A program made the position numbers and the translations under genes. Positions 1 through 5,906 of a DNA stretch of 64,000 bases are shown here, piece by piece (position 1 is the first letter of the stretch; each line of letters begins with the position of its first letter). Below the pieces are notes generated by a model. The model saw only the letters and a list, made by a program, of their open reading frames with translations. It did no database searches and was not told the DNA's origin. Where the stretch lies: assembly GCA_018969615.1 (NCBI GenBank), contig JAGWYA010000005.1, positions 1,286 to 65,285 on the forward strand. Direction: 5' to 3'. The stretch comes from Patescibacteria group bacterium. GTDB lineage: Bacteria; Patescibacteriota; Minisyncoccia; UBA6257; 02-FULL-45-10c.

Positions 1-309
1 TCCGGCGCACAGCGGGCTCATTGATCGGGAGCCGAGCGAGATCACCGCTGACAGCGCTGTTTATTGTTTTGACGGCCAGGCCGGCGCCGGAGGACATGGT
101 CCCGAGGGGCATGTTGATATCAGATTGGATAGCGCGATCAAAATGGAAGTGGACTATGCGCCGGGGGTTTGCGATCCGGTTCCGGTGATCACGAATCCGA
201 TCGTTTACACGCGATAATACATTGCGGAATATTTTATGAAAGATCAGGTTCGATCTTAAGGAGCTGTTGCCCCTTTTTTTATTTTCCGATACTATAACTG
301 CAGCGGCAT

Positions 310-380
310 GGGCCTATAGCATAATGGTAGTGCACCCGGTTTGCATCCGGGGTGTGGGAGTTCGATTCTCCCTAGGTCCA
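310..380 (+). tRNA. tRNA-Ala (anticodon TGC); no encoded CCA
   Basis: Cloverleaf folded by hand. Acceptor GGGCCTA/TAGGTCC with G3:U70, the Ala identity pair. D-stem GCAT/GTGC. Anticodon stem CCCGG/CCGGG with loop TTTGCAT, anticodon TGC. T-arm GGGAG-TTCGATT-CTCCC. Discriminator A. Confidence 0.85.
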
Positions 381-388
381 CAAATTTA

Positions 389-862
389 ATGTATTTTATG
401 GAAATTCCTTTTATAACAACGATTACTTTAGTTTGGCTTATTTATACTTTTATTTTTGTTGATGCCGATAAACAGATTTTAGATCTTTTTAATAGATTAA
501 AATTTTCTCTTTCAGTTAATGAGGGTAGGATAGATAAGACTCAACTGGACGTGAAGATGCAATTAGGAATTCTCGAAATAAGTGATTTGGGTAAAACATT
601 TAATCAGAACGATCCATATAGGAAAAATATAGAAATTTTTGAAAGGAAAGTTGGGGATGTCGATCTAGTAAAGAAAATTTTAATGATTAATTTATTCCTT
701 CTTACAATCCACCCATTTTTCCGTTTTTTTGATTGTTTTCTTAATTTAGAAACACATTTAATTATATCTTTAATAGCGGTAGCTCCTTTTTACTGGTATA
801 TTCAAGGAATACAAAAAATAAGATTTTCACAAATAATTTCAAAATCCGTGGAAAATAATTAA
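389..862 (+). CDS. hypothetical small membrane protein, encoded in a very AT-rich islet just 3' of tRNA-Ala
   Basis: ORF in the six-frame track (341..862), trimmed to the first ATG after the tRNA. Hydrophobic N- and C-terminal segments. Composition is markedly more AT-rich than the flanks. No recognisable family. Confidence 0.35.
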   Translation: MYFMEIPFITTITLVWLIYTFIFVDADKQILDLFNRLKFSLSVNEGRIDKTQLDVKMQLGILEISDLGKTFNQNDPYRKNIEIFERKVGDVDLVKKILMINLFLLTIHPFFRFFDCFLNLETHLIISLIAVAPFYWYIQGIQKIRFSQIISKSVENN

Positions 863-879
863 ATTTTATTTAAATTCAT

Positions 880-1443
880 ATGTTGCATATCAATCAAACA
901 GTTCCGGAGTTCGAAGCAGAGGCATATTATCAGGACGATATCAGCAAGATAAAATTATCATCGTACAAAGGAAAGTGGGTCGTGCTGGTGTTCTATCCGG
1001 CCGATTTTACGTTCGTGTGCCCGACCGAGTTGGAAGACCTTTCGAAGATGTATGATAAGTTCGTTCAGGAGGGCGCCGAGATCATGAGCGTCAGTACGGA
1101 TACGGCGTTTGCGCACAAGGCATGGCATGATAATTCGCCGGCGATCGGAAAGGTACAGTACCCGATGCTCGCGGACCCGACCGGGAAGCTTGCGCGCATG
1201 TTCGGGGTGTATATTGAAGAAGAAGGACTCGCCTTGCGCGGGACGTTCGTGATCGATCCTGACGGTGTTCTGAAGACGATGGAAGTGCATGACAATAATA
1301 TCGGCCGGAGCGCGGCGGAAGCGCTGCGGAAGGTCCAGGCGGCAAAGTTTGTCCGTGAGCACAAGGGGAATGTGTGCCCCGCAAGCTGGGAGCCGGGCGA
1401 TGAGACGTTGAAGCCGGGGACTGATCTGGTGGGGAAGATCTAA
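880..1443 (+). CDS. 2-Cys peroxiredoxin (AhpC/TSA family thiol peroxidase)
   Basis: Peroxidatic Cys motif FTFVCPTE. Resolving Cys near the C-terminus (VCPA). Typical length of 187 aa. Confidence 0.93.
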   Translation: MLHINQTVPEFEAEAYYQDDISKIKLSSYKGKWVVLVFYPADFTFVCPTELEDLSKMYDKFVQEGAEIMSVSTDTAFAHKAWHDNSPAIGKVQYPMLADPTGKLARMFGVYIEEEGLALRGTFVIDPDGVLKTMEVHDNNIGRSAAEALRKVQAAKFVREHKGNVCPASWEPGDETLKPGTDLVGKI

Positions 1444-1472
1444 TAGAACAGTGCGTGAAAGATATCAGTAGA

Positions 1473-1529
1473 AACAAGAACCCCTTGTAGCAGTATGGAA
1501 TTTCAACACTGCTGCAAGGGGTTCTTGTT
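1473..1529. repeat. 22-bp-stem hairpin with a 13-nt loop ATGGAATTTCAAC (reverse complement GTTGAAATTCCAT). Member of hairpin family 1. Lies between convergent genes, so it is a possible bidirectional terminator.
   Basis: Left arm aacaagaaccccttgtagcagt (1473-1494) pairs with right arm actgctgcaaggggttcttgtt (1508-1529), with one G.U wobble. The loop core TTGAAATTCCA matches the loops at 13182, 13234 and 13380. Confidence 0.7.
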
Positions 1530-1576
1530 CTCGCTAAATAAAAAACCGCCCCGACAAAAGTCGGAGCGGTGGTGTT

Positions 1577-1900
1577 TTATCTCTCCCTGAGAGAAGCGGA
1601 AAGCTCGAGGACCAGGAGTATATCGGGGTCTCGCGGCCACCAATCTCCTTTGAGGATATCGATCGGCCGTTTGTTCTTCAGCTGATAGCGCTCCCGCACA
1701 AACCATCCGCGGATCCCATCGCGAGTGTAGCTTCCTTGTAGATTGTGGCAGATCGCCGAAAGAAGATTCAGGCGATCAGTGGTCTGACCGGTGAGCGTAT
1801 GCGGAGAGACAACGTGTCTACGGAGATCCTGGCGCGTGATTCCCAGCAACGAAGCAAGGAGCTCTTCGCCGAGCAGGACATGTAGCATGCTGATGTTCAT
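1577..1900 (-). CDS. hypothetical protein (107 aa). Contains an R-x5-H motif (RQDLRRH), so a weak HEPN-like possibility.
   Basis: Good RBS (AAGGGAG) 8 nt upstream of the ATG on the minus strand. Divergent promoter region at 1901-2040. Confidence 0.5.
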   Translation of the reverse strand: MNISMLHVLLGEELLASLLGITRQDLRRHVVSPHTLTGQTTDRLNLLSAICHNLQGSYTRDGIRGWFVRERYQLKNKRPIDILKGDWWPRDPDILLVLELSASLRER

Positions 1901-1975
1901 GGCATATCTCCCTTGTAAATAACTGCTTTAAAAATATCCGACCGGCGTGCTTTTGTAAAGTAAAAAACAATATTC

Positions 1976-2006
1976 TTGACAAAAAAAGGTTTGCGTATTA
2001 TATTAT
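1976..2006 (+). promoter_or_regulatory. sigma-70-type promoter (TTGACA-17-TATATT) driving the small two-ORF unit at 2062-2503
   Basis: -35 TTGACA at 1976-1981, a 17-nt spacer, then -10 TATATT at 1999-2004. A strong RBS (AAAGGAGG) lies 7 nt before the ATG at 2062. Confidence 0.6.
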
Positions 2007-2061
2007 CCAAATCCTAAAAAGATGTTCTTTACAGACTAAGGGTTCAAAAAGGAGGCAGCCC

Positions 2062-2271
2062 ATGTCGCGCGCAAGCGCAAAGGAGCGAAGTAAAGTTCGC
2101 ACCACCGGACGCGTCACGACACGCAGAACCATCGAGGGATTCGGAAGCTGGAAGCATAAGTTCTATCTTCCCCGTGATTGTCCCGCACTTATCCCGCTGA
2201 GTCGGCGATTCATCGGGAATAAGAACAGCGGGCATACGATCGAAGGAGCCGCTCTTTCATGGGTGCCTTAA
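2062..2271 (+). CDS. small basic hypothetical protein (69 aa)
   Basis: ORF from the track. Strong SD (AAAGGAGG) and a strong upstream promoter. No family recognised. Confidence 0.35.
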   Translation: MSRASAKERSKVRTTGRVTTRRTIEGFGSWKHKFYLPRDCPALIPLSRRFIGNKNSGHTIEGAALSWVP

Positions 2272-2329
2272 CATCTGGGCAAGCACAATCCCAGACAGGC
2301 CGTAAAAATACTACTGCGCAAGGAGGTGG

Positions 2330-2503
2330 GCATGACGGGACCCGACGAACAGGAAGTGAACGGCAGGAAGCACGGAAGCAAGGCGATGTCGGGGCGGGTC
2401 GATCCGCTGAATCCCTTTCCGAGTCCGAGAGAGGACATGAGCGACGAGGAGTACCTGGAGGAGATGAAGGACCAGGGCGCTCATTTCCTTTTCATCTGAA
2501 AAC
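2330..2503 (+). CDS. small hypothetical protein (57 aa: MTGPDEQEVNGRKHGSKAMSGRVDPLNPFPSPREDMSDEEYLEEMKDQGAHFLFI). It is below the ORF-track size cutoff.
   Basis: Near-perfect SD (AAGGAGGTG) 6 nt upstream of the ATG at 2330. Stop TGA at 2501-2503. A canonical terminator follows immediately. Confidence 0.35.
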
Positions 2504-2504
2504 A

Positions 2505-2541
2505 ACACCCGGGCGGGTTTAACCGCCCGGGTGTATTTTTT
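2505..2541 (+). terminator. rho-independent terminator
   Basis: Perfect 12-bp stem acacccgggcgg/ccgcccgggtgt with loop gtttaa, followed by a T-run. Confidence 0.8.
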
Positions 2542-2570
2542 ACCCGAACTATACTACGATAGAAATGCCT

Positions 2571-2642
2571 GTCCTCGTAGCTTAATGGATAAAGTATCTG
2601 GCTTCGAACCAGATGATGGGGGTTCGATTCCCTCCGAGGACA
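2571..2642 (+). tRNA. tRNA-Arg (anticodon TCG); no encoded CCA
   Basis: Acceptor GTCCTCG/CGAGGAC. D-stem GCTT/AAGT. Anticodon stem TCTGG/CCAGA with loop CTTCGAA, anticodon TCG. T-arm GGGGG-TTCGATT-CCCTC. Discriminator A. Confidence 0.85.
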
Positions 2643-2880
2643 CAAGCACAGGAGATATCACTATGCCATGGTATAGTGATATCTCCATATGTTCTCTGAG
2701 GAATCGAACCAGCCGCACCCCGTATCAGGAAGGAATGGGAAACCGAAGGTGTCCCAGACGGGGGTCGGGGTGCGGCGGAGGTTCGAGTGAGCGAGCGGGC
2801 CGTCTGGCCGCGAGTGAAACTGACATTCCCCGAGGACACAAGCAATATATATCTCACTATGCTTTGGCATAGTGAAATAT
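2626..2880 (+). repeat. tandem duplication of the tRNA-Arg 3'-end. The 15-mer CCGAGGACACAAGCA occurs at 2634-2648 and 2829-2843. Each copy is followed by a related palindrome: TCACTATGC-N-GCATAGTGA.
   Basis: Direct comparison of 2626-2690 with 2821-2880. The first palindrome, GGAGATATCACTAT..ATAGTGATATCTCC, is a perfect 14-bp stem. Confidence 0.7.
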
Positions 2881-2922
2881 ATACGTGTTCATTGAAGGGA
2901 ATCGAACCATCATAAAATATGA

Positions 2923-2967
2923 GGTCTTACAGAACAGCGCCGGGTTCTTATGCTGTTCCGTAAGACC
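2923..2967. repeat. hairpin family 2 member (a): 16-bp stem GGTCTTACAGAACAGC/GCTGTTCCGTAAGACC. Reverse-complemented loop is ATAAGAACCCGGC.
   Basis: Inverted repeat with one mismatch. The loop matches the conserved 13-nt loop GTAAGAmCCCrGy seen at 3021, 18516 (rc) and 18599. Confidence 0.65.
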
Positions 2968-3001
2968 ACCTATTTTATTTTTTACTGACGAGCCGGGAAA
3001 G

Positions 3002-3052
3002 GGCATAAACGTTTTCCGCCGTAAGACCCCGGTGGCGGAAAATGTTTATGCC
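3002..3052. repeat. hairpin family 2 member (b): 19-bp stem GGCATAAACGTTTTCCGCC/GGCGGAAAATGTTTATGCC. Loop GTAAGACCCCGGT.
   Basis: Inverted repeat with one mismatch. 13-nt conserved loop. Confidence 0.7.
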
Positions 3053-3121
3053 TTGATAGCGGCGAGTGGCGCTGTTCCCAGAGGACATCGCTGTATTATT
3101 CGGTATACTAAAAGAGAAGTT

Positions 3122-4591
3122 ATGGAAAAAATTGAAGAAAAAAAAGAGGTTCGAACTATCGCCGCGGTATTGGAACATGCGGGCTTTGAGGCGTATTTGG
3201 TCGGCGGCTGTGTCCGCGATCTTTTGCTCGGCCATACGCCGAAGGATTGGGATATCGCAACGAACGCAACGCCGGACCAGGTCCAGCAGTTGTTTCCTGA
3301 CAGCGTCTATGAGAATGCGTTCGGCACCGTCGGCGTGAAGACCGATTCTGAAGATCAGACACTGAAGATCGTGGAGGTTACGACCTATCGCATCGAAGGG
3401 AAGTATTCCGATATGCGCCATCCGGACGAGGTTCGCTTTGCGTCCACGATCGCCGAAGATCTTTCCCGCCGCGATCTTACGGTGAACGCGATGGCGATGG
3501 ATCTCCGGGCCGGCGCGGCTCATGAGATCATCGATCCGTTCCAGGGGCGGCAAGACCTTCGCGCGCGCGTGATCCGCGCGGTCGGCGATCCCGAGGCGCG
3601 GTTTCAGGAAGATGCGTTGCGTATTTTACGCGCGGTGCGGTTCGGGGCGCAGCTGGGATTTACGCTGGACCATGCGACCGAGGCGGCGATGAAAAAACAT
3701 GCGGGATTACTTGAAGCGATCTCGAAAGAGCGCATCCGGGATGAGTTCATGAAGATGATCATGACGGATCACGCGCATGAGGCGATCCGCTTGATGGAAA
3801 AGGATGGAATATTGAAATATGTGCTGCCGGAATTGGAAGAGGGTGTGGATGTCGGACAGAATAAGCATCATATCTACAGCGTGTTCGAGCATAATGTGCG
3901 GGCGCTTCAGTATGCGGTCGAACAGCATTTTGATCTGGATGTGCGCATTGCGTCGCTGTTGCATGATGTCGGAAAACCGCGGAGCAAGCGGGGGGAAGGA
4001 CCGGATTGTACGTTCTACGGTCATCAGGTCGTCGGTGAGCGGATGGCGCTTCAGATCCTTGACCGTTTGCGGTTTCCTAAGGACATGACGGAGCGGATCG
4101 CGCTTCTCATTCGCGAGCATATGTTCGTCTATGATCCCGATACGGTGACCGATGCCGGCGCGCGCCGCCTGGTGCGCCGCGTCGGAAAGGAGAATTTGGA
4201 AGCGCTTTTCCAGGTTCGTGAAGGCGACCGGATCGGTTCCGGTGTTCCCAAAGCGCAGCCGTACCGGTTGCGTCATTTGAAGTTTCGTATTGAAAAAGTG
4301 AGCAAGGATCCGGTGAGCGCAAAGATGTTGAAAGTGAACGGCGCGGACGTGATCACGGGGGCGGACATGGCTCCGGGACCGAAGGTTGGTTTTATTCTCG
4401 CGATCCTTTTAGAGGAGGTGCTTGATGACCCGTCGCTGAACACGAAGGAGATACTTATGGATAAAGTGCGCCAGCTGGCTCAGCTGGATGAGGTGAAGTT
4501 ACGGGAGATGGCGAAGTTCGCCAAGCGTTCCGCTGACGACGCGCAGACCCGCATCGAAGAGGAAATGAAAAAGAAATATTTCGTCCAGTAG
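3122..4591 (+). CDS. cca: CCA-adding enzyme: tRNA nucleotidyltransferase / poly(A) polymerase family, with an HD domain
   Basis: N-terminal nucleotidyltransferase motif GGCVRDLLLG...DWD. HD-domain motifs (HHIYSVFEHN..., LLHDVGKP). The ORF-track start at 2885 runs through non-coding hairpins, so the start is trimmed to ATG 3122 (MEKIEEKK). Confidence 0.88.
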   Translation: MEKIEEKKEVRTIAAVLEHAGFEAYLVGGCVRDLLLGHTPKDWDIATNATPDQVQQLFPDSVYENAFGTVGVKTDSEDQTLKIVEVTTYRIEGKYSDMRHPDEVRFASTIAEDLSRRDLTVNAMAMDLRAGAAHEIIDPFQGRQDLRARVIRAVGDPEARFQEDALRILRAVRFGAQLGFTLDHATEAAMKKHAGLLEAISKERIRDEFMKMIMTDHAHEAIRLMEKDGILKYVLPELEEGVDVGQNKHHIYSVFEHNVRALQYAVEQHFDLDVRIASLLHDVGKPRSKRGEGPDCTFYGHQVVGERMALQILDRLRFPKDMTERIALLIREHMFVYDPDTVTDAGARRLVRRVGKENLEALFQVREGDRIGSGVPKAQPYRLRHLKFRIEKVSKDPVSAKMLKVNGADVITGADMAPGPKVGFILAILLEEVLDDPSLNTKEILMDKVRQLAQLDEVKLREMAKFAKRSADDAQTRIEEEMKKKYFVQ

Positions 4592-4600
4592 CGCCGCTTT

Positions 4601-5365
4601 TTAGACGACGTCCAGCTTTTTCTGATAGGTATCGGAAATGTTCAGCGCGGCAAAGATGATCTCCAGGATGATCAGCGCCTGGCCGATCATGCTGAATCCG
4701 GCGTTCGGAAAGTAGAGCGACAGGAAAAGAGATCCGTAGCTGACGGTCCAGAAGAAGAATTGGAGCCGGCCGATCACTGAGGCCTGCAGATTATCGAGCG
4801 AGAACTGGTCCATAAGTTCCTGCCCTCTTTCTTCCGACTCGGAGAGCATCTCGAGATAACGGATCAGGAAATCTTTGATGGATGCATAGATAAAAAGCAG
4901 TTCAAGTGACCAGACAATAATGATGATCTCGCCGCTGAGCAGGTGATATGCGAAGATCAGATAGGACGCCCACATCATCAGCAGCGCGTCGCGGATATGG
5001 TCCATCCAGGTTCCGAGGACGGTGACGTCATCGTTGTTCCGTGCGGCGGGACCGTCGATAGCATCGGAGACCGCGATCGCGGCAAGAAGTGCGAATTGCC
5101 AGGAGAACGGATAGCCGGCGAAATACATCCAGATCGCAAAGGCGATCAGAAAGAATCCGGCGCCGGTGATATGGTTCGCGCGGATCTTAAGCTTCCACAG
5201 AACGGTCGTCAGCGGCCATAACGCCCAGTCGCGCCAGTTCTTTTCAAGCGCGGTCAGCATGTCATCTTTTCTCCGGATGACGATCTTTTTGATCTTCTGC
5301 CTGCCCTCCCGCCCTTTTTCCTTGATCGTTAGGATCGGGTGGATCCCTTTATGTTCCGGTTCCAT
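4601..5365 (-). CDS. CDP-alcohol phosphatidyltransferase (PgsA-like phosphatidylglycerophosphate synthase family)
   Basis: Signature D-G-x2-A-R-x8-G-x3-D-x3-D (DAIDGPAARNNDDVTVLGTWMDHIRD). Multiple TM helices. The track ORF extends over tRNA-Pro, so the start is trimmed to M (MEPEHKG) at 5365. Confidence 0.78.
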   Translation of the reverse strand: MEPEHKGIHPILTIKEKGREGRQKIKKIVIRRKDDMLTALEKNWRDWALWPLTTVLWKLKIRANHITGAGFFLIAFAIWMYFAGYPFSWQFALLAAIAVSDAIDGPAARNNDDVTVLGTWMDHIRDALLMMWASYLIFAYHLLSGEIIIIVWSLELLFIYASIKDFLIRYLEMLSESEERGQELMDQFSLDNLQASVIGRLQFFFWTVSYGSLFLSLYFPNAGFSMIGQALIILEIIFAALNISDTYQKKLDVV

Positions 5366-5448
5366 AATATTCAGTATAACGCATTGCGGTCTTTGAGGGG
5401 GTCTGACCCTTTGCAAAAAGATCGCAGACAGCATAGAATGGGAGTCAT

Positions 5449-5522
5449 CGGACTGTAGTATACTGGCAGTATACACGCTTCGGGTGCGTGAGGACTGGGT
5501 TCGATTCCCAGCAGTCCGACCA
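5449..5522 (+). tRNA. tRNA-Pro (anticodon CGG); CCA is encoded
   Basis: Acceptor CGGACTG/CAGTCCG. Anticodon stem CACGC/GCGTG with loop TTCGGGT, anticodon CGG. T-arm CTGGG-TTCGATT-CCCAG. Discriminator A followed by CCA. Confidence 0.8.
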
Positions 5523-5523
5523 T

Positions 5524-5559
5524 AAAACAAAGAGGCTCACTCGTGAGCCTCTTTGTTTT
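5524..5559 (+). terminator. rho-independent terminator after tRNA-Pro
   Basis: Perfect stem aaacaaagaggctcac / gtgagcctctttgttt with loop tcg. Confidence 0.75.
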
Positions 5560-5732
5560 ATGTGTTTGCGCCTCGCTGGGAATTGAACTCGGGAAGGGGG
5601 TCGGGAAAACGGAAGTTTCCCCGTAGCGGAGGTAGCCTCGCAGGGCGAGGCGTTGGAACCGAATGGTTCCAAAGAGCGCGAGCGTCCTGTCAGTGAGATC
5701 CAGCGAGCGCGAGGGTTCTAGGAGCGCAGCGA

Positions 5733-5755
5733 CGGATTCCCAGCAGTCCGACAAA
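5733..5755 (+). repeat. partial direct repeat of the tRNA-Pro 3'-end (GGATTCCCAGCAGTCCGAC), ~230 bp downstream of the tRNA
   Basis: Compare 5500-5522 (GGTTCGATTCCCAGCAGTCCGACCA) with 5733-5755. A hairpin with flanking A/T runs follows. Confidence 0.65.
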
Positions 5756-5906
5756 AATAAAAACGCCCTATCGGGCCGTTTTTATTTTTTTTCAAAACAT
5801 TCTCTAAGGATCCTGAGACTGGGGCATTTCGCCGTTGAGGGATCCTTAGAGGATGTTATAATTTGCCGTGAATCGAACCCGGGACCGCCGGGATCGAAAC
5901 TCCCGA

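Noticed and set aside
341-388. 5' part of track ORF 341..862
   Set aside because: It overlaps tRNA-Ala(TGC). The ORF, if real, starts at ATG 389.
2688-2830. A second, divergent tRNA ending at the duplicated CGAGGACA at 2838, or a minus-strand tRNA using the GAATCGAACC T-loop complement at ~2700
   Set aside because: No matching 5' acceptor strand or anticodon arm could be folded. Only a T-loop-like fragment is present.
2885-3121. N-terminal extension of the cca ORF (track start 2885)
   Set aside because: The region consists of long perfect hairpins (family 2) and a T-arm-like fragment. The recognisable nucleotidyltransferase domain begins at MEKIEEKK (3122), which has its own SD-like sequence.
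5366-5530. N-terminal extension of the phosphatidyltransferase ORF (track 4601..5530)
   Set aside because: It would run through the tRNA-Pro gene on the opposite strand, so the start is trimmed to Met 5365.
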